DNA of 32,000 nucleotides from NCBI RefSeq assembly GCF_000196555.1, contig NC_015067.1, positions 1,110,001 through 1,142,000 of the forward strand, written 5' to 3'. Below are positions 1-8,053 of the stretch, piece by piece. Position 1 is the stretch's first letter, and every line of letters starts with the position of its first letter. Position numbers and translations under genes: made by a program. A model generated the notes under the pieces. It did not search any database. It was not told the origin of the DNA and saw nothing but the letters and a program-made list of their open reading frames with translations. This DNA comes from Bifidobacterium longum subsp. longum JCM 1217. GTDB lineage: Bacteria; Actinomycetota; Actinomycetes; Actinomycetales; Bifidobacteriaceae.

Positions 1-372
1 TAGCCGGTCCTTATGGTCCTTGATGGACAGCAGGTATACGAGGCCTGTGTTCTTGCCTTTCATGCCGGGTTTGTACCGGTCGAACAGTTCCTTCGCCTTC
101 CGTTCGATGGGCACACCATCCAAAGTGGAGACGGTGACGACGAGCAGCTGCGGCTTGTCCTCACGTGACTCCCACGACTTATTCAGGTCGTAAACATGTT
201 TTTCAGTTTCAGCGCTGAGTACGTTCGCCTGATCCTGCACGAAGATATTGCCAGCAGAATCGTTCTTCGGAACATACGTATCATCGGTTGCGGCCAATGC
301 CGGCATGGAAATGCCGGCCATGATGAACAGTGTGGCGATGGCCGCGATGATTCCGTTAACCAGTTTGCCCAT
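1..372 (-). CDS. TPM-domain (YgcG-like) secreted/membrane protein, C-terminal part beyond window edge
   Basis: ATG at 372 preceded by GAGGGGAAAC. Translation begins MGKLVNGIIAAIATLFIMAGISMPALAATDD (signal-like). It continues FVQDQANVLSAETEKHVYDLNKSW..PQLLVVTVSTLDGVPIERKAKELFDRYKPG..NTGLVYLLSIKD, a typical TPM/YgcG pattern. Open to position 1. Confidence 0.6.
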   Translation of the reverse strand, partial: MGKLVNGIIAAIATLFIMAGISMPALAATDDTYVPKNDSAGNIFVQDQANVLSAETEKHVYDLNKSWESREDKPQLLVVTVSTLDGVPIERKAKELFDRYKPGMKGKNTGLVYLLSIKDHKDRL

Positions 373-419
373 CAGGTTTCCCCTCGATATGCCTCTTGTT
401 CCAAAACCCGCAGAAAATC

Positions 420-923
420 TCATATAGCCACCACCTGTGGTCTCTCGCGACTCGTGGATTCCCAGATTCCCATCCGAGCCCACGGCATGCCGGTGTATTT
501 GGATGAAAATATGTCCAGTTCTGCCCATGCGGACCATTGCTCCCGGTCTGGAACCAGTTGGACGGACAGGATAATCGGGATACGGGCGTCACTCTCCCTT
601 ACCGTCTCCATCAAAGCTGAATCGTCTTCAAGACCCGGATTCACATGGTCGATAATCAGAAAGGAATCCGGCTCTTCCAAGATGGACGTGGGATCGTTCA
701 CCGGAATCACACCTTGCACGGGCTTGGTATAACCTCGATCCACATACCCGTCAAACATATAGACCCGTTGCCCCATTTCGTTGAGACCAGGTATCAGGGT
801 GTGTGTCAGCCACCAGGTCTTGCCGCATCCCGCGCCACCCGTCACCAGTAGGTTCCCATCGGAAACCGGGTTCCATGTCGCAACGCCATCATCGACCAAT
901 CCGATTGTGAGGCTTTTCACCAT
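420..923 (-). CDS. P-loop NTPase
   Basis: 167-aa ORF with Walker A GGAGCGKT and Walker-B-like FLIIDHV. The ATG overlaps the stop of the upstream ORF (ATGGTGA). Confidence 0.6.
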   Translation of the reverse strand: MVKSLTIGLVDDGVATWNPVSDGNLLVTGGAGCGKTWWLTHTLIPGLNEMGQRVYMFDGYVDRGYTKPVQGVIPVNDPTSILEEPDSFLIIDHVNPGLEDDSALMETVRESDARIPIILSVQLVPDREQWSAWAELDIFSSKYTGMPWARMGIWESTSRERPQVVAI

Positions 924-1159
924 GCGCAGCTCACCTCCATCCAGATAAGCCCGCGCCCGTCCACAATCGATTTGAACTCGTCTATCCGCCAGCGGAGCGC
1001 GGCCGAATCGACCTTGAATGATTCAAGCCCGCCGTCGCGCAACGATTCGAACAACGCGTCGGCCTCGGCCCGGGTTCCGAACGGTTCCGGCCATGCGACC
1101 CATCGGCCGGGATAATCGGCTAGCCGGCGGGCCAGCTCCTCGTATCGCCTATCGTCCAT
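917..1159 (-). CDS. hypothetical protein
   Basis: ORF in track. Start chosen at MDDRRYEEL, overlapping the stop of the upstream gene. The 3' end overlaps the start of the NTPase gene. Confidence 0.45.
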   Translation of the reverse strand: MDDRRYEELARRLADYPGRWVAWPEPFGTRAEADALFESLRDGGLESFKVDSAALRWRIDEFKSIVDGRGLIWMEVSCAW

Positions 1160-1469
1160 CGGTCTTCTTCTTGTCATTTGGCTTGTGGTCGCGGACGATG
1201 AGGATCATCCAGCCGAAGCACGGGAGCATCCGGTATTCGCCGTACCGGGTCAGGGCGGCCGCCAGGCGTTCCGCGCCGGGGCGGGTGGTCCATTCCTTTG
1301 AGTCCTCGTCGTAGTCCTCGGCGATCCAACCCTTCTTCAGCAGCCCGTAATGCGCCTTCTTCCACGCCCAGCTGACGATCGCGCCGAACAGATTGCCCGT
1401 CAGATACAGGAGCAGGATTCCCAGTATGATCGCGAACGGGGTGAGCACGCCCCACCAGTACCCGTCCAT
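1149..1469 (-). CDS. small membrane protein
   Basis: Internal Met of track ORF 1149..1721 (MDGYWWGVLTPFAIILGILLLYLTGNLFGAIVSWAW..). It has two hydrophobic helices and an ATGA overlap with the stop of 1469..1762. The upstream extension is Arg/Gly-rich shadow. Confidence 0.5.
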   Translation of the reverse strand: MDGYWWGVLTPFAIILGILLLYLTGNLFGAIVSWAWKKAHYGLLKKGWIAEDYDEDSKEWTTRPGAERLAAALTRYGEYRMLPCFGWMILIVRDHKPNDKKKTDGR

Positions 1470-1762
1470 CAGAACCGCCCCAACCGGTGCAGGGCTTCGA
1501 CCGAATGGATGCGGGCCTGTTCGCCGCCCGCTCCCCCACTGGCGTTCACGGCCGTCTCGTTTTCGGCCGGCGTGGCGAACGCCGCGGGCTCGTCCCGGCA
1601 TACCAGGCGGGCGAACGCCCTCGCCTCCCCGTCCGACAGCACGACCCGGCCCTCCGACCCCTCGCGCATGCCGGCGACCGTCCACAGGCCGGACTTCGGA
1701 TCGCGCCACGCGCGCCCCCATTCGCCGAGGAAATGATATCCCTCCGGAACATGCAGACCCAT
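1469..1762 (-). CDS. hypothetical protein
   Basis: 97-aa ORF with a strong RBS, AAGGAGGGG, 6 nt upstream of the ATG. Confidence 0.55.
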   Translation of the reverse strand: MGLHVPEGYHFLGEWGRAWRDPKSGLWTVAGMREGSEGRVVLSDGEARAFARLVCRDEPAAFATPAENETAVNASGGAGGEQARIHSVEALHRLGRF

Positions 1763-1874
1763 ACGGACCCCTCCTTATTCGAAACGACGATTCCCGGTCG
1801 GCGAAGGGTATGCGTCACGTCGGATCCGACCGTCTCCGTGGCGCGGCCGTGCGGATCGGGACGATCCCACGCGG

Positions 1875-2061
1875 TCAGCGCGCGAGGCCCCGCATCCGGA
1901 CGGCGGCGATGCGACGGCGCCGCATGTCCCGGCGCGCCAGATCACGCCGTTCCTCCGGGGTCATGCCGCCCCAGATCCCGTACTGTTCGCCCGTCTCCAA
2001 CGCCTGGCGGAGGCATTCGGCCCGCACCGGGCAGGACAGGCACGCCTGTTTCGCGATCTCG
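1875..2061 (-). pseudogene. whiB: WhiB-family regulator, C-terminal half (split gene)
   Basis: Encodes EIAKQACLSCPVRAECLRQALETGEQYGIWGGMTPEERRDL, i.e. the CxxC-x5-C and G(I/V)WGG WhiB motifs. The first Cys and the N-terminus are missing. The fragment abuts the right end of a tnpB-derived element at 2062. Confidence 0.75.
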
Positions 2062-2423
2062 TTGACATCCTCCCCGCGGCTAAAGCCGGGGGATTCCCTT
2101 CGCAGATCGGACTCCAAGGGAACTTCCGGCCTGGGTTGAGGGGTTGACGCTTCATCGGGCCGCCAACGCGGCCCTCCACGTCCTAGGCGGTGCCCCCGCC
2201 CGTTTGAATCAAAGCACGGCCCAATATGTTCTTGGCCGCGTTGACGTCCGCGTTCGCCTCATACCCGCATTCGACGCAATGGAAGACCGCTTGGCTATCA
2301 CGGTTCTCCTTGACGCCATTGATACGAACTTTCTGGCTCATCGTGGACCACCTCCTTCCGTTAAGGCTCTATGCGTCCTGGCCTTGGACCCCAGCGCTGA
2401 AGCGCGGGGCATGAATTTTTTCG
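2062..2423 (-). mobile_element. miniature IS200/IS605-family (tnpB-only type) derivative with both ends
   Basis: The left end 2342..2423 is near-identical to 7972..8053 (hairpin CCCCGCGC-TTCA-GCGCTGGGG plus RBS GGAAGGAGG). The right end finishes GGAATCCCCCGGCTTTAGCCGCGGGGAGGATGTCAA, and a related sequence occurs at 20136..20175. The left end is flanked by ATGAC, as in copy B. Confidence 0.7.
2183..2341 (-). pseudogene. tnpB: internally deleted tnpB remnant (52 codons)
   Basis: Translation is MSQKVRINGVK, identical to the first 11 aa of 6772..7971. It is fused to ENRDSQAVFHCVECGYEANADVNAAKNILG, the TnpB zinc-finger and RuvC-III motif. Confidence 0.7.
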
Positions 2424-2424
2424 G

Positions 2425-2931
2425 TCATGCGTCCCGCCTCACGGCGGCGATGGCGGAGCCCAAGGGGCCATGCCCTTCGGCGGGTCGCCCCGGATACCAG
2501 ACGGCCCAATCGCCCCCGCGCGCCCGCAGTCCGTCCATGAACCGCTCGTACCGTGGCACGCCGGACATGAGCAGGAGCGTGCGGCGCGGAAGCCTAGGGT
2601 TCGCGCCCAGCCATGACGCGATGTCCGAGACGACGTGGACCGCGTTGCCCGCCCGGTAACGCCGGGGCGGTGTGTAGTCGGCTCCCCCGCACAGGTCATA
2701 ACAGTCGACATCCACGTAACGGCCGGCGAACAGCCCCGCTTGCACGCCCACGTAGCCGCCCAGGTCGACGACCGTCCAATCGGCGGGGACGAGCGGCGCG
2801 GCCGCCGCGTACAGGTCGGTGAGGCACAGGAACGTCGGGTCGATCTCGATGTCCTCGAAACGTCCGTACCAGCCGTCGATCTGCGCCATGTCGAGCCGGC
2901 CGCCGAGCGCCGTGTATTCGTCCGCGTCCAC
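2425..2931 (-). CDS. hypothetical protein
   Basis: Track ORF 2425..2961. GTG at 2931 is preferred because GGGGAAGGAA lies 5 nt upstream and it follows the upstream stop. The stop TGA lies inside the ATGAC that flanks the mini-IS left end. Confidence 0.5.
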   Translation of the reverse strand: MDADEYTALGGRLDMAQIDGWYGRFEDIEIDPTFLCLTDLYAAAAPLVPADWTVVDLGGYVGVQAGLFAGRYVDVDCYDLCGGADYTPPRRYRAGNAVHVVSDIASWLGANPRLPRRTLLLMSGVPRYERFMDGLRARGGDWAVWYPGRPAEGHGPLGSAIAAVRRDA

Positions 2932-2933
2932 GG

Positions 2934-3272
2934 CTATTCCTTCCCCGCGCACCAGACGCACCAGCCCGGGACCGCGCTTTCGCAGTCCTCATTGAGCAGG
3001 ACGCCGCATCCCGTACAGTAGTCGTACATGTCGGAGCTCCAGGCCTGCCCGCATATCGCACCCGCAGCCGGGGACGTCAGGGTCCAATCGGTCCTCACCT
3101 CGGCCTGCGGGAGGTCAAAGCCGCCACGGCCGTAGGCGTAGTTTTTCGCCGTCTCGACCAGCAGGTCGAGGTCCGCGCCCGTGCGGGGCGCGCCCAGCAC
3201 GTCCTCCGTCACGTCACTGCCATCCCAGACCGTGACATCCAGCGTCCGGCCTTTGTTGTCCGTGTATATCAT
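2934..3272 (-). CDS. hypothetical Cys-rich protein
   Basis: 112-aa ORF with RBS AAGGA. The C-terminus reads YCTGCG..CESAVPGWCVWC. Confidence 0.55.
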   Translation of the reverse strand: MIYTDNKGRTLDVTVWDGSDVTEDVLGAPRTGADLDLLVETAKNYAYGRGGFDLPQAEVRTDWTLTSPAAGAICGQAWSSDMYDYCTGCGVLLNEDCESAVPGWCVWCAGKE

Positions 3273-3394
3273 GGGCTTATCCTTTTCTCAGTACGTCCAG
3301 CACGTCGTCGGCGCAGGAGGTCATAGTCGCGGGTCAGGTCGGCCACCATGCGCATTGACGCGCAATGCGCGGTCATACGGTCCGCCATGCTCAT
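3269..3394 (-). CDS. small hypothetical ORF (41 aa)
   Basis: ATGA start/stop overlaps at both ends link it to its neighbours. Its 3' part carries a frame-shifted copy of the 3' end of gene 4602..5288. Confidence 0.35.
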   Translation of the reverse strand: MSMADRMTAHCASMRMVADLTRDYDLLRRRRAGRTEKRISP

Positions 3395-3567
3395 TTTCCC
3401 GTCTCCCATCTCACCGTGTACTCCATGCAAGCCGTGACATCGACGACGACCCCGCACTCGTCGCAGTGGAACCTGTGGGTCTCCCCGTCCAGCATCCCCC
3501 AGTCGGCCATGCGCCCATCGATTTCGTTGCCGCATTCCGGGCAAATCAATGCGTCATTCACAATCAT
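3391..3567 (-). CDS. zinc-ribbon protein
   Basis: MIVNDALICPECGNEIDG...HRFHCDECG has two CxxC pairs. The ATGA overlaps the upstream stop. Confidence 0.55.
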   Translation of the reverse strand: MIVNDALICPECGNEIDGRMADWGMLDGETHRFHCDECGVVVDVTACMEYTVRWETGK

Positions 3568-4172
3568 CGTCCGTTCGCCCTCTCGTATCGTTCCATGGCC
3601 TTTTCGCCCAGTCCGGTCAGCCCGTCGCATCGGATGGTGTCGGGGAACCGGTAGCCGCGTATCACCAGTCCCATGCCTTTCAGGCGCTTGTAGTCCCCGT
3701 CGGGCAATGTGACATGCGCCTGCGGGTCGCGTGCGATTCCTTCGAGAAGCCTGTAATCGTTCCCGTTCAATGCGGAAGGCTCGTCCCCGATGGGACCATG
3801 CAGTTTGTCGGCGATGTCGGCCAGCGACTTCCTGCGGGCCTGCAGATTATCGGGCAACGGCGTCTCCTCGCCGCCGCACAGCTCCCTCCACTTGTCCGCG
3901 ATTGCCTTGACCTCGCCCTCGTAGTGGCGGGAGAGCCGTTCGATGACACGCAGACGGTATTCGTTGAACGCGACCTCCTGCCGCGTGAACCCGTCGTAGA
4001 AGCCGCCGTCCGGTAGGATACACCGCTCCTCCACGTATTCAAGGTCGGGGATGGAGATGCACGCCACGGCGTCCTCACCCACTGGGTCGGACAGTGCCAT
4101 GTCCACGCCGATGGCGGCAAGTTCGGCCTGTAGTGTGCGTATGTCCCTCAATGACTGTTCGATTCTCAGCAT
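3564..4172 (-). CDS. hypothetical protein
   Basis: 202-aa ORF in the coupled minus-strand chain. No recognisable motif. Confidence 0.6.
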   Translation of the reverse strand: MLRIEQSLRDIRTLQAELAAIGVDMALSDPVGEDAVACISIPDLEYVEERCILPDGGFYDGFTRQEVAFNEYRLRVIERLSRHYEGEVKAIADKWRELCGGEETPLPDNLQARRKSLADIADKLHGPIGDEPSALNGNDYRLLEGIARDPQAHVTLPDGDYKRLKGMGLVIRGYRFPDTIRCDGLTGLGEKAMERYERANGR

Positions 4173-4177
4173 GGCAT

Positions 4178-4546
4178 TCAGTCCTCGATTCGGTAGTATT
4201 CATCGTCGGGGTCGTAGTCCAACGGGGCGCATTCGCAGTCGCCTGCGTAGTGGAAGACGTGGCGGGGCCTGCCGCACATGACGCAACGGTTCAGCACATC
4301 GTCCACTATGTCCCTCGCGTCCACGTCTGCCATGTAGCGGCGCGTCCAGTTGGGCTTGGGTGGGTTGTCCCCGTAGATGAGTACACACTCGTTCCATACG
4401 CTGATATGGATGATGCCGTCTTCGAGCGTGGCCCTAATCCAGCCGTGATTCGGCATGGAGCCTTCCAGCGAGCTTTTGTCCTCGTTGAATTCGATACCGC
4501 ATTCCGCCCGCGATAGCCCCTGTTCGAGTCGTTCGATTCTCAGCAT
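4178..4546 (-). CDS. hypothetical Cys-containing protein
   Basis: Internal start MLRIERLEQ with RBS AAGGGAAAGGAG. The C-terminal part contains CVMCG...CEC. Confidence 0.55.
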   Translation of the reverse strand: MLRIERLEQGLSRAECGIEFNEDKSSLEGSMPNHGWIRATLEDGIIHISVWNECVLIYGDNPPKPNWTRRYMADVDARDIVDDVLNRCVMCGRPRHVFHYAGDCECAPLDYDPDDEYYRIED

Positions 4547-4601
4547 CGGGGGACTCCTTTCCCTTTCGCCCCGTGCCATGCGTCCCGGAACCGACGGAGC
4601 G

Positions 4602-5288
4602 TCACTCCCCTCTCAGCACGTCCAGTACGTCGTCGGCGCAGGAGGGCCTCACGGCCGGCGGCCGCGGGTCGGTGCAGCGCTCCGCCAGCGCGGGCGGCAA
4701 TACCGTGCGCCCGACCGGCACCGGCCTGCCGTCCCCGTCGTGCAGGACGTGGAGCGGGCAGAAGGCGTGGCATTCGCCGTCGTCGCCCTTGATCATCGCC
4801 CAGCGTCGCGAGTCGTGCACCGCCGTCTCGGCCGCGTCCTCGTCCGGATACCACATGGCGCCGAACGGCTCGTCGGCGAACACGGCGCCGCAATGCGGAT
4901 ACTCGCAGATGGGAAGCAGGAAGGGATGGTCGGCCGTGACGAGCTCCGAATGGAGCAGGGCGTCGAGCGCGCCCCGCTCGCAGTCGGGATCGGGCAACGG
5001 CTCTCCCACATGGCCCTCATAAAACCCCGCCAACGCGGCCGTTTCCGGCACCACACCTTCCGGGTCGTAACGGACAAGCCGGCCGTCACCGTCGTAGAGC
5101 AGATGCTCCGGACAGATGCAGACCGGCTCATCGTGCCGGCCGTCCAGCACCAGCCAATCGTCCTCCCACGCCTGGTCGAGGGCCCAGTACGGGTCCGTCC
5201 ACCACTCGGCCTCGTCCCCGTCGTATTCGTTCCCGCAGCCCGGAAAGGCGCAGACGGGGCGGTGGAAATGCCTGATGTCGTATCGCAT
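4602..5288 (-). CDS. hypothetical protein with internal duplication
   Basis: Start MRYDIRHF with RBS GAGGGGAG. Two similar modules are present: PVCICPEHLLYDGDGRLV and CHAFCPLHVLHDGDGRPV. Confidence 0.55.
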   Translation of the reverse strand: MRYDIRHFHRPVCAFPGCGNEYDGDEAEWWTDPYWALDQAWEDDWLVLDGRHDEPVCICPEHLLYDGDGRLVRYDPEGVVPETAALAGFYEGHVGEPLPDPDCERGALDALLHSELVTADHPFLLPICEYPHCGAVFADEPFGAMWYPDEDAAETAVHDSRRWAMIKGDDGECHAFCPLHVLHDGDGRPVPVGRTVLPPALAERCTDPRPPAVRPSCADDVLDVLRGE

Positions 5289-5307
5289 GATGTTCTCCGG
5301 CTCCCCT

Positions 5308-5745
5308 CTAATGGCAGTTGGGGCAATACCTAAGATCGCCCTCGTATGCATCGTCCAGGAATGCGCCGCACTCACTGCAACGTTCTTCTTCGCACCAACA
5401 CTTGTTCGACGCCTGTCCGCAGAACGGGCACCTGTACCAGATGTCCTCCGCGATGGCCTCCGGGTCGGCCGGATCGTATTCGTGCGTCCAATCCGGCTCG
5501 GGCATGGAAGTATATTCATACGGGTTATCGCTCCACGCCCTGACAGACACCCTGCCGTCCCCAGCCACCGTGATGCGGGCGAGGCCGGTCTGTTCGCCGT
5601 CGAACTGGTCGCGCAGGCCGCATTCCAGCATGCCGTCGTCCAGTCGCGTCCAGTCGCCCTCGTATTCGAGAGCCTTTTCGATTCCGGCCAGCATGTCGAC
5701 CTTGTCGCTCTTGTCTTCGCCGCACGCGATGCACTCGGTCATCAT
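5308..5745 (-). CDS. hypothetical Cys-rich (zinc-ribbon-like) protein
   Basis: Start MMTECIACG with RBS GGAAAGGAG. The C-terminus reads CPFCG..CWC..CSECG..YCPNCH. Confidence 0.55.
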   Translation of the reverse strand: MMTECIACGEDKSDKVDMLAGIEKALEYEGDWTRLDDGMLECGLRDQFDGEQTGLARITVAGDGRVSVRAWSDNPYEYTSMPEPDWTHEYDPADPEAIAEDIWYRCPFCGQASNKCWCEEERCSECGAFLDDAYEGDLRYCPNCH

Positions 5746-5768
5746 CGGCTCCTTTCCGTTCATTCGTT

Positions 5769-5806
5769 CCGGTCGCATGCGTCCCGGCCGCGACGCATGC
5801 GACCGG
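5769..5806. promoter_or_regulatory. 15-bp perfect inverted repeat in a divergent intergenic region (candidate operator)
   Basis: CCGGTCGCATGCGTC - 8 nt - GACGCATGCGACCGG lies between the minus-strand start at 5745 and the plus-strand start at 5809. Confidence 0.4.
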
Positions 5807-5808
5807 AC

Positions 5809-6282
5809 ATGGAATCCCTATCCGACGGCATCGATTGGGCCATGGTCGCCCAAGCCCGCGAACCGCATCCCGAACGCCTGCACCTGGTCGAGGACGAGCG
5901 CCGCGCCAGACGCAAGGCGGCCGACGCGGCCTATTACCAGGCGAACAAGGAGCGCATCGATCGGCGCAACAGGGCCTGGCGCGAGGCGAACGAAGAGGAG
6001 ATGCGCCGGTATGACAAGGCGTACGCGGCCTCGCACCGCGAGGAGCGCCGCGAGGCCGCCCGCCGCTGGCAGGCCAGGTTCAAGGCCGAGCACGGCGTCA
6101 GCTACTCCGCCTGGCGGCGCAGGCGCCTGAGGGAGACGGACCCGCAGACGGCCGCCAGCACGCCGCAGACGGCCGCGCCCGCGAGGAACACGGGCGAGAA
6201 CGGGCAGGCGGCGGCCGATAACAACATCAGGTCGGTCAGCGCCGCGTCGGCGGAACCCCACAGGTCCGGCCGGCGCCTGTGA
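5809..6282 (+). CDS. hypothetical basic protein
   Basis: Internal ATG of track ORF 5116..6282. The sequence MESLSDGIDW...AYYQANKERIDRRNRAWREANEEEMRRYDKAY is a charged helical repeat. The C-terminal third is low complexity and overlaps a minus-strand ORF. Confidence 0.45.
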   Translation: MESLSDGIDWAMVAQAREPHPERLHLVEDERRARRKAADAAYYQANKERIDRRNRAWREANEEEMRRYDKAYAASHREERREAARRWQARFKAEHGVSYSAWRRRRLRETDPQTAASTPQTAAPARNTGENGQAAADNNIRSVSAASAEPHRSGRRL

Positions 6283-6296
6283 CGGGCCCGGCTCAC
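6102..6296 (-). CDS. possible small membrane protein
   Basis: GTGA start/stop overlap with the gene at 6293..6664. Contains a hydrophobic stretch LMLLSAAACPFSPVFLAGAAVCGVLAAVCG. It overlaps the 3' end of the plus-strand ORF, so one of the two may be spurious. Confidence 0.3.
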   Translation of the reverse strand: MSRARHRRRPDLWGSADAALTDLMLLSAAACPFSPVFLAGAAVCGVLAAVCGSVSLRRLRRQAE

Positions 6297-6664
6297 AGCC
6301 AATCGCCCCCGATGACGTTGCCGGACGTGTCAAGCACGCCGTTTTCCACGAGCCAGTCGCGGATGTCCGCGTCGAGGGCGGCCCGCTCCCCTTCGGTCAG
6401 CCGCAGGTCGAAACGCCCATCCTCGTCGCCGAGAAGATAGACGCGCAGCTCCGCATGGACGGGGCCGCCCAACCGGCCGCGCGCCACCCAGCGCCAGTCG
6501 AGACACGCGATGGCCAGTCCGTCGCGGTCCCCCACGCCGTACGCCCCGAGCGCGCCGCACCGACGCATCCATTCGTCCTCCATGCCGCCCTCATCCAGAT
6601 CGGCCTCCCAGCCGTCCGGCGCCGTCAGCTCGTACGTATTCCATCTATTCAGTCCGAAATCCAT
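6293..6664 (-). CDS. hypothetical acidic protein
   Basis: Start MDFGLNRW with RBS GGAAGGAAAGGGG. 123 aa. Confidence 0.55.
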   Translation of the reverse strand: MDFGLNRWNTYELTAPDGWEADLDEGGMEDEWMRRCGALGAYGVGDRDGLAIACLDWRWVARGRLGGPVHAELRVYLLGDEDGRFDLRLTEGERAALDADIRDWLVENGVLDTSGNVIGGDWL

Positions 6665-6702
6665 ATCCGGCCCCTTTCCTTCCGCCGACAGGCATGCGTC
6701 CC

Positions 6703-6757
6703 AGCCGAAAAACGGAAGGCCCCGTCGCATCCGTTGTCGGATGCGACGGGGCCTTCC
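6703..6757 (-). terminator. Rho-independent terminator
   Basis: A 20-bp perfect stem GGAAGGCCCCGTCGCATCCG / CGGATGCGACGGGGCCTTCC with loop TTGT. On the minus strand it is followed by GTTTTTCGG. It lies just after the stop at 6772. Confidence 0.6.
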
Positions 6758-6771
6758 GTGTGGAATGGCGC

Positions 6772-7971
6772 CTACTTGCGCTTGCCGAGGATGGCGAGCG
6801 CGATGGCCCCCGCGGCGAGCACCACCACGGCCACCGCAACGACCGCCACTGCGACGCCGGTGGAGGCGAGCCCGTCTTTCGGGGATTCGGCCTTGGCTTT
6901 GGCTCCGTTATGGAGATATTGCCCCGGCTTAGCCGGATCAGGCTTCGGCTTCGGGCGCCTCGTCATGGCCTTGACGTCCAGGTCCTCCATGGCGATAAGG
7001 ATGTTCTTTTGGGCGAGCCTTGTCGTGGTCTTCTCGATCCAGTCGTTCCGACGTCGGACGATACGGCCTTGCAGAGCGTTGAATCGGCTTAGCGTCTTTC
7101 GCCTGCGCTTGGAAACGAATTTAGCGGTCCTGCCGCTCCGTGCCTCGTTGACATGGTCCTGCCGGGCCATCCGGCGCTGAAGATACTTCAACCGTTTCAA
7201 TTCGGCCTTCGACGGCTTCGGCATGTCTTCGAACGTTCCATCAGACGAAGCGAGCGTATGTACACAGCCGCGGTCGAGGCCGATCGCGCCATCACCGGTC
7301 CTCGGCAACGGCAATGGCATGTTGACGAACACGAGGCTACGATGGGTCCAATCGACATGGACGCTCGTATACGGCCGTATCTCCTGACCGACACGCACAT
7401 GGACGATGATGCGCCAATGCGCCTTTTCGCCGGGTTTGACCCATCGCTTCGGGTTCATGCCTGTGATGACGACCACGTCGCTCTTCCGGCCGGTCTTATG
7501 GAATATGGCGTTGCCTGATCGGGAGGCGTTGCGCCAGCAGACGAAGCCCAGGCCGCGATGGCGCGACTTGAAGCCGGGGATGCGGCCTCCAATGGTCTTC
7601 CTGCGTTTGAGTCCGGCGAACCATTCGGTATTCTCGATCCTGTCCGTGCTGGACAGTATGGGCGCCGGAATGCCCGCCATCCACGAGCATTGAAGACGCG
7701 CCTCCCTGTCCGAGATCAACTCAGGTACGTCAGGGCCGCCCAAAGGCTCCTTGACCCAGTCGACGACTTCACCTGTCGCATCGTCTTTGACGGGCACGTT
7801 GCGCGTGCGTTGCTCGCGCCTTTGGTTGAATCTGGCGCGCCATCCGTCGCACAGCCACACCATGACGCGCTCGGGATTACGCGTCCAGCATGGGTTGCCG
7901 CAGCGGTCCACGCCGAGGAAGACGCTCGCGCCGGTGTGCTTGACGCCATTGATGCGGACCTTCTGGCTCAT
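6772..7971 (-). pseudogene. tnpB: 3'-truncated TnpB fused in frame to a cell-wall sorting signal
   Basis: TnpB hallmarks are present: IPGFKSRH, RuvC-I GLDRG and RuvC-II IAMEDLDVKAM. The zinc finger and RuvC-III are absent. The last 38 codons (about 6772..6888) read ESPKDGLASTG, then a hydrophobic helix, then GKRK. Confidence 0.75.
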
Positions 7972-8053
7972 CGTGGACCACCTCCTTCCGTTAAGGCTTT
8001 ATGCGTCCCGGCCGCGAACCCCAGCGCTGAAGCGCGGGGCATGATTTTTTTCG
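7972..8053 (-). mobile_element. left end of IS200/IS605-family tnpB element (copy B)
   Basis: Near-identical to 2342..2423. Contains hairpin CCCCGCGC-TTCA-GCGCTGGGG. The outer flank is ATGAC at 8054..8058. Confidence 0.65.

Noticed and set aside
1149-1721. N-terminal extensions of several track ORFs (1149..1721, 3391..3630, 4178..4579, 4602..5519, 5308..5778, 6293..6730, 8347..9141, 9048..9329, 9751..10140, 14185..15168)
   Set aside because: The extensions overlap upstream genes and are Arg/Gly/Pro-rich. Internal starts have RBSs and/or ATGA/GTGA coupling to the preceding stop.
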